From assembly GCA_003140175.1 (NCBI GenBank), contig PLJD01000043.1:13271-77270 (forward strand): a DNA stretch of 64,000 nucleotides, given 5' to 3'. The DNA comes from Actinomycetota bacterium (GTDB lineage Bacteria; Actinomycetota; Acidimicrobiia; IMCC26256; PALSA-555). Positions 1 through 8,910 of this stretch are shown here, in pieces. The position numbers were made by a program, and so were the translations under genes. Position 1 is the stretch's first letter; every line of letters starts with the position of its first letter. Under the pieces are notes generated by a model, which saw nothing but the letters and a program-made list of their open reading frames with translations, did no database searches and was not told where the DNA came from.

Positions 1-36
1 TACTTTTGGGCTCGTGCCACGACGCGGGAGCGCTGT

Positions 37-825
37 GTGTCCGCCGTCCTGTACTCGTCCTCCGACCGGATCGGCGTCATTACCCTCAACCGCCCCGCGG
101 CGCGCAACGCTGTCGATCGCGAGCTGGCGCTCGGCCTCGAGGCCGCCGTGGACCGGCTCGAGGACGATCCCGAGGTCTGGGTCGGTGTCCTGTGCGCGAA
201 CACCGCGGATCAGGCGCACCCCGTCTTCTGTGCGGGCGCCGACCTCAAGGTCATCAGGGAGACGGGTTCTGCGGCGACGCTCGACACGGAGCGTGGCGGG
301 TTCGGCGGGTTCGTGTTTCGCGAGCGCACCAAGCCGATCGTGGTCGCCGTCGATGGTCTGGCGACCGCGGGCGGCCTCGAGATCGTCCTCGCGGCGGACG
401 TCGTCGTGGCGACCTCGCGATCGGCGTTCGGACTCGCGGAGGTTCGGCACAACCTGATCGCCGCGGCTGGCGGGCTGTTCCGGCTCCCGCGCGCGATCGG
501 TCGGGGCACCGCAATGGACGCCATCCTCACCGGTGAGCCGATCGACGCTCGTCGCGCGTTCAACCTCGGACTCGTGAGCCGGCTGGTCGAGCCGGGCTTT
601 GAAGTGTTGGACGAGGCACTCCGTCTCGCGCGGCAGATCGTCTTGGCGGCTCCGCTCGCGGTGCGTGCCAGCCGGCGCGTCGTCCTCCTGGCCGCGTCCG
701 AGCACGACGACACGCTGAGGCGGGTCTCGAAGGAGCTGTTGGACGAGTTGCTCGCGTCAGAGGACGCGAGCGAGGGCCTGCTCGCGTTCGCTGAGAAGCG
801 CGTGCCGCAGTGGCTAGGTCGCTGA
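37..825 (+). CDS. enoyl-CoA hydratase/isomerase (crotonase family)
   Basis: 262-aa ORF with crotonase hallmarks GVITLNRPAARNAVD, FCAGADLK and VAVDGLATAGGLEI. The frame is open back to position 1, so the start could lie outside the window. GTG at 37 fits the family N-terminus. Confidence 0.85.
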   Translation: MSAVLYSSSDRIGVITLNRPAARNAVDRELALGLEAAVDRLEDDPEVWVGVLCANTADQAHPVFCAGADLKVIRETGSAATLDTERGGFGGFVFRERTKPIVVAVDGLATAGGLEIVLAADVVVATSRSAFGLAEVRHNLIAAAGGLFRLPRAIGRGTAMDAILTGEPIDARRAFNLGLVSRLVEPGFEVLDEALRLARQIVLAAPLAVRASRRVVLLAASEHDDTLRRVSKELLDELLASEDASEGLLAFAEKRVPQWLGR

Positions 826-1478
826 TGCGCGTGTGCGGCGATGGACCGTCGGAGTCGATGCCGCAAAGCGCAACGAGCCACGAGCCCCGGCGCAGCGCGA
901 AGTGGAACGCGCGTCGCGACGCAATCATCGACACCTCGGCGCGGGTCTTCGCGCGAGGCGGCTACCACGCCACGGGCATCGCGGAGCTGTGCACGGTTAA
1001 CGGGCTCGGCAAGGGCGCCTTCTATCACTACATCGCGTCGAAGGAGGAGCTCCTCGCCGCGATCCACGATCGTGTGATGGACGAGGTGATGATCGGCGCT
1101 GATCGCGTCGCCCAAGCGGACGGATCACCGTCCGCGAGGCTGGCCATGCTGGGCGATGAGCTGCTCGACGTCATCCACCGCTATCCCGATCACGTCTGGG
1201 TGTTTCTCCACGAGTTCCCGGCGCTCACGGCCGAACGCGCCGATCAGTTCCGCGTGCGCCGGCGGGAGTATGAGCGAAGGGTCGAGGCGATCCTGCAGGC
1301 CGGCATCGATTCCGGGGAGTTCCGTGAGATCGACCCGAGGCTCACGGCCTTCGCGTGGCTCGGCATGCACAACTACACGTACCTGTGGCTCAAGGCGGGC
1401 GGCCGTGTGTCGGCTCGCGATGTGGCGAAACCGTTCGCAGACATCTTCATCCGAGGGATCGAGAGCTCGACTCCCTGA
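825..1478 (+). CDS. TetR/AcrR family transcriptional regulator
   Basis: N-terminal HTH ARVFARGGYHATGIAELCTVNGLGKGAFYHYIASKEELL. ATG at 825 overlaps the upstream stop (TGATG). Alternative starts are 810 (GTG) and 858 (ATG). Confidence 0.85.
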   Translation: MRVCGDGPSESMPQSATSHEPRRSAKWNARRDAIIDTSARVFARGGYHATGIAELCTVNGLGKGAFYHYIASKEELLAAIHDRVMDEVMIGADRVAQADGSPSARLAMLGDELLDVIHRYPDHVWVFLHEFPALTAERADQFRVRRREYERRVEAILQAGIDSGEFREIDPRLTAFAWLGMHNYTYLWLKAGGRVSARDVAKPFADIFIRGIESSTP

Positions 1479-1491
1479 GGCGAGGAGCGCG

Positions 1492-2751
1492 CTAGGTCCG
1501 GGAGCTCCCGGCGGCCACGGGGGCCTCGAACCCCAGGAGTCGACCCAGCGTGCCGCCGAGCATCGCGGCCCGTTCGTCGGCAGGGACGCCGGTGAACTGC
1601 TTCGCGATCAACTCCCGGCTGCCGCGGAACGTCCCCTCGGCGTGCGGGTAGTCGGAGCCCCACACGATGGTCGAGAGCCCGGTGATGTGGCGGCACGCAA
1701 CGGCCACAGGATCCTCCGAGAACGAGACGTGGAACTGGCGCTTCACGTACTCGCTGGGCCGCAGCGGGTACGGCCACTTCTCGTTCAGATCGAACATCCG
1801 CGCCATCTGCGGCTGGTCGTCGGCTGGGCGCTCATCGTTCCAGTACCCGAGCCACCAGTCGGGGTCCTGGCCGGTCCCGGTGACCCAGGCCTTGTCCATG
1901 GCGCCCACGAGCGACGCCAGCCAATGGGCGTTGAACTCGATGAGCGCGAAGTGGAGGTCGGGATACCGCTCGGGAACGCCGCCGCCGACGAGCTCGATGA
2001 TGATCTGCTGCGGGTTGATCGTGTTGTAGACGCATTGGGTCATCATCCGCCGCGACGCCAGCTTCCCGGTCATGGGCTTGTTGACTTCCGCGGCCATCCC
2101 CATGACGGTCTTGAGCGTCGTGGACTCCGGATCGTCGACCTTCACGCCACCGGTGGCGCAGTGGAAGAACACGTGCACGCCGCTGGCCTGCGCCGCGGCC
2201 CACACCGGGTCGAAGTCGGGCGAGTGGTATGGCAGCGGCGAGACCGCCGGGAGGAGGATTCCGCGGAACCCGGCCGCGGCGACGCGCTCGATCTCGGCGA
2301 CGGCGTCGTCGATGTCGGTCAGCGGCACGGGCGCAGTGGGAGCGAGCCGCGAGAAGTACGGCGTGAACCGCTCGATCAGGTAGTCGTTGTACACGCGGGC
2401 GTGCGCCATCGACAGCTCGTGATCGTCGGAGTAGATTCCGAACAGCGACAGGTTCGGGTGCATCACCCCGACGTCGACACCGTCGAAGTCCAGGTCCTCG
2501 AGGATCCGATCGGGGTCACCTTCTGGCATCCGCCCACCGGTCTGGCGATACCGAGAGACCGTCCAGCCCTCGAACCCGGGAGTGTGCAAGCGGCGGAAGG
2601 TCCGCGCGCCACCCTCGACGAGCGGCTCGATCTCGAAGTCTTCTTCCCAGACGGCGCGATCCCGCAGGTGCTTCGGAAAGCGAGTGACGAACAGATCGGT
2701 CGGCTCGAGGATGTGGCCATCCGCAGAAACAACAAAGTCCTTCGCGGTCAT
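1492..2751 (-). CDS. amidohydrolase, PF04909 (amidohydrolase_2) type
   Basis: 419-aa ORF. N-terminus VSADGHILEP is the family metal-ligand strand. Overall length and layout match the five other paralogs in the window. Confidence 0.85.
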   Translation of the reverse strand: MTAKDFVVSADGHILEPTDLFVTRFPKHLRDRAVWEEDFEIEPLVEGGARTFRRLHTPGFEGWTVSRYRQTGGRMPEGDPDRILEDLDFDGVDVGVMHPNLSLFGIYSDDHELSMAHARVYNDYLIERFTPYFSRLAPTAPVPLTDIDDAVAEIERVAAAGFRGILLPAVSPLPYHSPDFDPVWAAAQASGVHVFFHCATGGVKVDDPESTTLKTVMGMAAEVNKPMTGKLASRRMMTQCVYNTINPQQIIIELVGGGVPERYPDLHFALIEFNAHWLASLVGAMDKAWVTGTGQDPDWWLGYWNDERPADDQPQMARMFDLNEKWPYPLRPSEYVKRQFHVSFSEDPVAVACRHITGLSTIVWGSDYPHAEGTFRGSRELIAKQFTGVPADERAAMLGGTLGRLLGFEAPVAAGSSRT

Positions 2752-2780
2752 TGTTGCGACCCCCTTCGTCGCGAGGCTAA

Positions 2781-2797
2781 ACCAACCGGTCGGTACA
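2781..2797. promoter_or_regulatory. candidate operator, near-palindrome ACCAACCGGTCGGTACA
   Basis: Lies in the divergent intergenic region between the amidohydrolase (start 2751, minus) and the cyclase gene (start 2869, plus). Its reverse complement matches 5558-5574 at 16 of 17 positions. Confidence 0.35.
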
Positions 2798-2868
2798 TGT
2801 TACGCCATCGATGGCTCGGGGTGGATCGCTGCGGCTGTCCAAGGCTGCGGCCGGAAGGAGAGGAAGCG

Positions 2869-3927
2869 GTGACGAAGAGGTGGACGCAACGCCCGCCCGG
2901 CTCGACCTGGGGCGACTGGGGTGACGACGACGAGCTCGGCCGCATCAACCTGCTCACCCCCGAGAAGGTGCTCCAGGGCGTGCGCGAGGTCGAGGCCGGC
3001 ATCAGCTTCTGTCTCAGCCTGCCGCTCGACTATCCCGGTGGAACGGCCTTGAACCAGCGGCGGCACCCGCCGGTGCTCGCGCCCACCGAGGACATGGAGG
3101 GCAACCCCGACACCTTCTACAACGTCCACCAGAGCCAGATGGAGAAGTGGGGTCACCCCAAGTACGTCGACGTGTGGGCCGACGACATGGTGACCCTCGC
3201 GTTGCAGTACTCCACGCAGTGGGACTCGCTCGCCCACGCCGGCGCCGAGTTCGACGCTGACGGCGACGGGATGGAGGAGCCCGTGTTCTACAACGGGTAC
3301 CGCGCCGGCGTCGATCTCGTCGGACCGAAGCCTGACGCCGCGGGGGACGGCGGCAAGCACGTCTGTTTCGCGCGCCACCTCGGCTTGGAGCACATGGCCT
3401 TCCACGGCGTGCAGGGGCGAGGCGTCCTCATCGACCTGGCCCACCACCTGGGGCACGACTGGCGTGGGGTCGACCGGAAGATGCTCGAGGAGATCATGGC
3501 GGCGGACGACGTCGTTGTCGAGCCCGGCGACATGGTCCTGTTTCACACCGGTTTCGCGACGAAGGTCCTCGAATGGAACCGCGACCCGGATCCCGTGCAG
3601 ATCCATGCGATGTGCACGTACCTCGATGCGCGGGACGAGGCAATGCTCGAGTGGATCACCGAGTCGCAGATCTCGGCGCTGGTGGCGGATAACTACGCGG
3701 TCGAAGGGATGGTCGGCAGGGATCGGGACGAGAGCCGGCATTCGCTCCTCCCGATCCACCACCTGTGTCTCTTCAAACTCGGCGTCCCCCTCGGAGAGCT
3801 CTGGTACCTGCATGAGCTTGCGACGTGGCTGCGCGAGCACAACCGCAGCCGATTCCTGCTCACTGCGCCCCCGCTGCGGTTGCCGGGCGCGGTCGGCTGT
3901 CCCGTGACGCCGATCGCGACAGTTTGA
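2869..3927 (+). CDS. cyclase family protein (kynurenine-formamidase-like fold)
   Basis: Only the 3-prime third of track ORF 1156..3927 is credible. GTG at 2869 is preceded by GGAAGGAGAGG. Sequence DDELGRINLLTPEKV ... STQWDSLAH ... APPLRLPGAVGCPVTPIA is typical of putative-cyclase proteins. The canonical HxGTHxDxPxH reads QYSTQWDSLAH here. Confidence 0.8.
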   Translation: MTKRWTQRPPGSTWGDWGDDDELGRINLLTPEKVLQGVREVEAGISFCLSLPLDYPGGTALNQRRHPPVLAPTEDMEGNPDTFYNVHQSQMEKWGHPKYVDVWADDMVTLALQYSTQWDSLAHAGAEFDADGDGMEEPVFYNGYRAGVDLVGPKPDAAGDGGKHVCFARHLGLEHMAFHGVQGRGVLIDLAHHLGHDWRGVDRKMLEEIMAADDVVVEPGDMVLFHTGFATKVLEWNRDPDPVQIHAMCTYLDARDEAMLEWITESQISALVADNYAVEGMVGRDRDESRHSLLPIHHLCLFKLGVPLGELWYLHELATWLREHNRSRFLLTAPPLRLPGAVGCPVTPIATV

Positions 3928-5545
3928 ACGCCTTGTAGTCGCTCTCGCGGACCTTGGCGATCTCCTTGAAGAGCTTGGGTCGGCCGAGCGAGTTCAGGAG
4001 GTACCGGCGCGGCTTCCCGGGGATATTGGTGCCGAAGTAGTAACTGATCTTCCCGAAGGAGGGTGGCATCGCCGCGGCGGTGTCGATCATGTTCGTCCAC
4101 TTCTCTTCGGCCGCAGAGTCGACTTCGATCGTGTCGTAGCCGTGGTCGCGCAAGTAGACGAGGGTCTCGGTGATGAAGTCGACCTGGTCGCCGTTGTACC
4201 GCGGGTTGTTGCCTGCCGCGGCGTGTGGCCCGCCGGGGAAGAAGAAGTTTGGGAAGTCAGTGGTCTGGACGCCGAGGAACGTCTTCGGACCATCCGCCCA
4301 GTGGTCCTCGAGCGCGAGACCGTCGCGTCCGCGGATCCCCATGCGCGCGAGTGCGCCGGTGCCGAAGTCGAAGCCGGTCGCCCACACGACGATGTCGAAC
4401 TCTCGCACACCGTCGGCCGTCTCGATCCCGCGCTCGGTCATGCGCACGATGGGCGTCTGCTCGAGATCGACGAGCGAGACGTTCGGGTGGTTGTAGGTCT
4501 CGTAGTAGCTGGTCACGAAAGGCGGCCGCTTCTCGCCGAAGCGGTGAGTTTTGGGGATCAGCTTGTCCGCGGTCTCCGGATCCTCCACGATGCCCCGGAC
4601 CTTTTCGGCGACGAACTCGCAAAACTCTGCGTTCGCGGCGGGATCCAACATCAAGTCGGTGTAGTTGCTCGTGAGCTTCGAGAAGCCAGGACTGTTCCAC
4701 ATCTTCTCGAAGAACGCCCACCGCTCCTCCTTCGAATCGTCGAAGGTGGCGCGATCGTGCGCGACATGGAGGAACCCGTGCGCCGACGTGTTCAGCGTCT
4801 CGCGAATCGCTTCGAAGTCACCCCTGAGCTGAGCCTGCTCGTCGGGCGTAATCGGTGCGTTGTTGAGCGGTGTGCACCAGTTGGCGGTGCGTTGGTACAC
4901 CGTCAAGGAGGCAACCTCGCCAGCGATGGCAGGGATCAGCTGTACGCCGCTCGATCCAGTCCCGATGACGGCGACGCGCTTGCGCCCGAAGTCAACTGGC
5001 GTCGCCGGCCACAGCCCGGTGTGGTACGCCTCACCGCGAAAGTCCTCGCGCCCCGGCACATCCGGGAAGTACGGCACCGAGAGGACGCCGGTCGCAGCGA
5101 TGAGGAACTGGGTCCGGAGCTCGGTGCCGTCGCTGACCAGCACGGTCCACTTTCCTGACGGCTCGTCGTACACGGCCGAAGTGACCTTGGCGTCGAATCG
5201 GATGTGGCGCCGAAGGTCGAACCGGTCGACCACGTGGTTGAGGTAGCGCTCGGTCTCCGGTTGCTCGGCGAAGTGCTCTCGCCACTCCCACTCTTCGAAC
5301 AGCTCTTTCGAGAACAGGTACGCGTAGGTGTAGCTCTCCGAGTCGAACCGTGCCCCGGGGTACCGGTTCCAATACCAGGTGCCCCCCACGCCACCACCAG
5401 CCTCGAGGAGCTGCGCGGAGAAGCCGGCTTCGAGCGCGCGATACAGCTGGTAGATGCCGCTGACGCCGGCGCCGACGACCAGCACGTCGACGTCGGCAGC
5501 AAACCGACGTGACCGCTCGTGGAAGGGGGGTTCGCAGGGATCCAT
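3860..5545 (-). CDS. Baeyer-Villiger (type I flavin) monooxygenase
   Basis: Motifs VLVVGAGVSGIY (FAD GxGxxG), GGTWYWNRYPG, BVMO fingerprint FRGEAYHTGLWP and second Rossmann motif VAVIGTGSSGVQ. The 3-prime end overlaps the convergent cyclase gene by 68 nt. Confidence 0.9.
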   Translation of the reverse strand: MDPCEPPFHERSRRFAADVDVLVVGAGVSGIYQLYRALEAGFSAQLLEAGGGVGGTWYWNRYPGARFDSESYTYAYLFSKELFEEWEWREHFAEQPETERYLNHVVDRFDLRRHIRFDAKVTSAVYDEPSGKWTVLVSDGTELRTQFLIAATGVLSVPYFPDVPGREDFRGEAYHTGLWPATPVDFGRKRVAVIGTGSSGVQLIPAIAGEVASLTVYQRTANWCTPLNNAPITPDEQAQLRGDFEAIRETLNTSAHGFLHVAHDRATFDDSKEERWAFFEKMWNSPGFSKLTSNYTDLMLDPAANAEFCEFVAEKVRGIVEDPETADKLIPKTHRFGEKRPPFVTSYYETYNHPNVSLVDLEQTPIVRMTERGIETADGVREFDIVVWATGFDFGTGALARMGIRGRDGLALEDHWADGPKTFLGVQTTDFPNFFFPGGPHAAAGNNPRYNGDQVDFITETLVYLRDHGYDTIEVDSAAEEKWTNMIDTAAAMPPSFGKISYYFGTNIPGKPRRYLLNSLGRPKLFKEIAKVRESDYKAFKLSRSASRDSRPRPATAAGAQ

Positions 5546-5557
5546 GCCGGGGCGAAT

Positions 5558-5574
5558 TGTACCGACCGGTTCGT
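5558..5574. promoter_or_regulatory. candidate operator, near-palindrome TGTACCGACCGGTTCGT
   Basis: Lies 13 nt upstream of the BVMO start (5545, minus) and about 45 nt upstream of the Rieske gene start. It is the partner of the motif at 2781-2797. Confidence 0.35.
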
Positions 5575-5618
5575 ATAACGTCTCAGACGACGCACTCCGA
5601 GCGAGAGAGGGGCGCTGC

Positions 5619-6992
5619 GTGGCGCTCGTGGACCAGGAGAGGTCGGCACTCCCGGTGCCCTATGCGATGGAGTTGGAGTTCCCGGACCGGGTTCGCAAGG
5701 AGCGCTACTTCGACCCCGACTTCTACCAGATGGAGGTCGAGCTGCTGTGGCCTCGGGTCTGGCAGATGGCGTGCCGGCTCGAGGAGATCCCAGCGCCGCG
5801 CGACTTCGTCGAATACGAGTTCCTCGATCAGTCGATCGTCATGCTGCGCACCGATGACATGGGGGTGAGGGCGCTCCAGAACGCTTGCCGCCATCGTGGC
5901 GTCAGGGTCGTCAAGGGTCGAGGGACGTGCGAGAGCGGGTTCACGTGCCCGTTCCATGGGTGGTGCTATGGCCTCGACGGCAAGAACACGGCCGTCCCCC
6001 GGAGGCGTGGGTTTTCAGAGCACAACCTGGAGCCGGAGGACATCAACCTCGTACCGGTGCGGTGCGAGGTGTGGGGCGGGTGCGCGTGGATCAACCTCGA
6101 CGACGACGCGCCGCCCTTGCGGCAGTGCATCGAGCCGTTCGCCACGGTCCTCGACGCGTGGACGGTGGAGTCACTGCGGACCGAGTGGTGGTACGCGTGC
6201 CGTCTCCCCGTGAACTGGAAGCTCGCCGAAGAGGCATTCGTGGAGATGTACCACGTGGTGCAGACGCATCCCCAGCTCGCCATCCCCGGGATGAGGTTCT
6301 CGCTGCGCGATGGTGAGGCGTTCGACCCGCGTGCATTCATCGACGCGGAGATCCGCTACCTGCGCGCGATGAGCGACGGCATGGCGGGGATGGTGCACGC
6401 GAACGACGTGCGCGTCGCCGAGGGTCTGCGCGACATGGAGCTACCCGCCGACCCGACGCTCGCGATCTCGACCTGGAATCGCGCGCTCAATGACGCCGTC
6501 ATGAGCTGGCACCGGGCCGCGGGCGCTGACATGCCCGACCTCAACGATCTCGACGCGCGAGGGATCAACCTCTCGTTCCTCTCCTGCTTCCCGCACTCCT
6601 TCGTGTTGCCGATGTACAGCAGCGCCGCCTCGTACCGCTTCCGCCCGCTGGGACCGGAGGAGACGCTGATGGAGATCTGGTCGCTCACGCGGTTCCCCGA
6701 GGGCCAAGAGCCGGGGAAGCCCACGCCGCCGGAGGTGTGGGAGTGCGACGATCCACGGTGGCCACCGATCCCCGCGCAGGACTTCTCGAACCTGCCGAGG
6801 CAGCAGAAGGGCCTGCACGCGAAGGGCTTCGAGTACATGCGCCTGAACGAGCAGCTCGAGGGACACATCTCAAACTTCGAGCGGACCGTGGACGGCTTCC
6901 TCGCCGGTCTTCCCTACGAGCAGTTGCTCCCGGCGCTGCAGAAGATCAACGTGTATCCCTTCGACAAGCCGATTCTCGACGTCGGGTTCTGA
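5619..6992 (+). CDS. Rieske [2Fe-2S] non-haem-iron oxygenase, alpha subunit
   Basis: Rieske motif CRHRGVRVV...CPFHGW and mononuclear iron region EEAFVEMYHVVQTHP. The track ORF starts at 5454 inside the BVMO gene. GTG at 5619 after GAGAGAGGGG is the first plausible non-overlapping start, and ATG at 5667 is an alternative. No beta subunit is adjacent. Confidence 0.85.
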   Translation: MALVDQERSALPVPYAMELEFPDRVRKERYFDPDFYQMEVELLWPRVWQMACRLEEIPAPRDFVEYEFLDQSIVMLRTDDMGVRALQNACRHRGVRVVKGRGTCESGFTCPFHGWCYGLDGKNTAVPRRRGFSEHNLEPEDINLVPVRCEVWGGCAWINLDDDAPPLRQCIEPFATVLDAWTVESLRTEWWYACRLPVNWKLAEEAFVEMYHVVQTHPQLAIPGMRFSLRDGEAFDPRAFIDAEIRYLRAMSDGMAGMVHANDVRVAEGLRDMELPADPTLAISTWNRALNDAVMSWHRAAGADMPDLNDLDARGINLSFLSCFPHSFVLPMYSSAASYRFRPLGPEETLMEIWSLTRFPEGQEPGKPTPPEVWECDDPRWPPIPAQDFSNLPRQQKGLHAKGFEYMRLNEQLEGHISNFERTVDGFLAGLPYEQLLPALQKINVYPFDKPILDVGF

Positions 6993-7044
6993 GCGCGGTG
7001 ATCGAGGCGAACGAAGCGATGACGGAGCTCGGGAGGCTGGCCGA

Positions 7045-7446
7045 ATGAGCACGACGACGACATACGCGGAGGTCGCCGAGGGCATCCGTGCCACCATCGC
7101 CGCGTACGCCCAGGCCCTGGACGACGGCCGGACCGACGACATTGTCGCCACCTTCTGCCCCGACGGCGTCTCCGAGATCACGGGCATGGGCACCCACGAA
7201 GGCCACGACGCCCTCCGCAAGGCCTACTCCGGATGGAAGCCGCGGGGACCCCAACGTCATCTCGTCCTCAACACCCTCGTCACGGACTGGAACGACCACG
7301 AGGCCCACGCGATCAGCGACGTGGTATTCGTCCTGCGGGGCGACTCCGGCTGGGCGATCCAGCTCGTGGGCCGATACGAAGACACCCTCCACCACGACGA
7401 CGGCACGTGGCGTATCCACCATCGGGTGGCCACGTTCGTGACCTAG
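7045..7446 (+). CDS. SnoaL-like / NTF2-fold protein
   Basis: 133 aa. IAAYAQALDDGRTDDIVATFCPDG and the C-terminal DDGTWRIHHR are typical of SnoaL_4-type small alpha+beta proteins. A GGGAGG RBS lies upstream. Confidence 0.65.
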   Translation: MSTTTTYAEVAEGIRATIAAYAQALDDGRTDDIVATFCPDGVSEITGMGTHEGHDALRKAYSGWKPRGPQRHLVLNTLVTDWNDHEAHAISDVVFVLRGDSGWAIQLVGRYEDTLHHDDGTWRIHHRVATFVT

Positions 7447-7473
7447 CACAGCCGGCGCTGACCTCCGGGGCCG

Positions 7474-7989
7474 TCACGCCATCGGGAGGCGGGCCTTCCT
7501 CATGAGCTCGCGGACCTCGGCGACCGCGGTGTTCACCTTGTCGGGCTGGTCGGCGACCTCGTCGGCCAGGGCGCCGACGCCGCAGTGACGGAGCATGTCG
7601 GGGAGGTGGTGCCCGATGCAGGCGAGCGAGAAGTCGATGGGGTCGCCGACCGCTAGTTCGTCGATCCGCACCACGGTGTTCGCACCGTTCGCCTGCTCGA
7701 TGTAGTGGTAGTGCGGCTCGTTCTCGAAACAGTCGAAGCGCAGGTGCTCGACACCGTCAGCCGTTCCACACACGTGGAGCGTGGCACCGAAATCGTCGAA
7801 GAGGATCTCAGCGTCGACGACGTCGTGGAAGGCACCTTCGATGATCTCGTTCGTCAGCTTGCGGGACTCCACGACGAGCTTGACTGCACCCGCGTCGACG
7901 GGGATGCAGTGCTCCGTGACCATCGGGATGGGCAGCCGGTCGTAGCGGTTGCCGCGTCGGTACGGGGATTCCTCACGGTCGATCGCCAT
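7474..7989 (-). CDS. hypothetical protein
   Basis: 171-aa ORF with normal high-GC third-position usage, the only long ORF in this slot. No motif I can assign. It has a His-rich stretch, CFENEPHYHYIEQ. Confidence 0.55.
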   Translation of the reverse strand: MAIDREESPYRRGNRYDRLPIPMVTEHCIPVDAGAVKLVVESRKLTNEIIEGAFHDVVDAEILFDDFGATLHVCGTADGVEHLRFDCFENEPHYHYIEQANGANTVVRIDELAVGDPIDFSLACIGHHLPDMLRHCGVGALADEVADQPDKVNTAVAEVRELMRKARLPMA

Positions 7990-8054
7990 CGCTCAGCTCC
8001 TCTGCACTGGCGGACGTCCGCGAACTGTAGCGGTCCGCCGGTCGCGACCAGCCG

Positions 8055-8653
8055 TCAAGCGCCGGGGAGCGGGGGCGCGGCCACGGTGTCGAGCTCGGGG
8101 TCGAGCTCGAGCCCGAAGCTGTTGAACGCGATCGCCAGGCACGTGTTCGGGCCGACGATGAATGGCACCCCGATCAGGTGCCGCTCGTCGACGTGTTGCG
8201 CGAGGCGGCGCCATGTCTCGTCGTCAATGCGGTGGTCGTCGAAGAGCTCGTCGGTCGCCATGAGCAGATCGGCCTCGACTGGGACCACGGGTGGGCGACG
8301 GTGCCGTCGGCGATGGCATCGATCTCCGCCGCGGTGATCCCCCATCGCGGCGCCAGGCGCACGTGCTGGAGCCACTCGTACGGGGACCGGGTTCGGAACG
8401 CGACCCGCAGGACCATGAGCTCTCGCAGGCGCGGCTCGATCGCGGGAGTCCGGAGCAGGAGCTTGTTGTAGGCCAGGAACGGGCCGGCCAGAGCGGGGTG
8501 GCGCATGAGCATGGTGAAGGCATTCGGCATGCGCGGCGCATCCGGGCCTGTCGCCAGCAGCCGATCGGCGGTCGACTCGTCGAACGCGCTGCGCAGGCCT
8601 GCACCCCATTCGTCCCTCAGGAGCGGCTGAATCCGAGCGCGGGACGCGCTCAT
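8055..8653 (-). pseudogene. carboxymuconolactone decarboxylase (CMD/AhpD-like) family gene, frameshifted
   Basis: The N-terminal 120 aa (MSASRARIQPLL...RSPYEWLQHVRLAPRWGITAAEIDAIADGTVAHPW) lie in the frame of ORF 8174..8773. The family C-terminus (EADLLMATDELFDDHRIDDETWRRLAQHV...AIAFNSFGLELD) continues in the frame of ORF 8055..8609. The frame switch is near 8285. Confidence 0.7.
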
Positions 8654-8693
8654 AGGTACCTGGCGCCGTTGAGGTTGAGCTGGTGACCGGTGA

Positions 8694-8897
8694 TGTAGCC
8701 GGCCCCCTCGGGTCCTCGTCGTCGACCGGCAGCCCGAGGTCCTCGAGGGCGAGTTGCCGGCCACCCAGACCATCGTGCTCGAGTTCGAGACGGTCGAGGC
8801 GGCGCGTGCCTGGTACGCATCGGACGCCTACCAGGTCGCGGCCAAGCTACGTCACGCCGCGGTGGACAGCAACGCGGTCATCCTCTCCGGGTTGTAA
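8694..8897 (+). pseudogene. DUF1330 family gene remnant, C-terminal part only
   Basis: My own translation gives VLVVDRQPEVLEGELPATQTIVLEFETVEAARAWYASDAYQVAAKLRHAAVDSNAVILSGL, then a stop at 8895-8897. This matches the DUF1330 C-terminal half. Three in-frame stops (8670, 8676, 8691) lie upstream and there is no usable start. It is absent from the ORF track. Confidence 0.55.
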
Positions 8898-8910
8898 CAA
8901 CCATCTTGGG

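Noticed and set aside
1156-2868. The 5-prime two-thirds of the 923-aa track ORF 1156..3927
   Set aside because: It runs antisense to the well-supported amidohydrolase gene (1492-2751). The translation is Arg/Gly/Pro-rich with no motif. Only the part from GTG 2869 (with an RBS) looks like a real cyclase-family protein. Long spurious ORFs are expected at this GC content.
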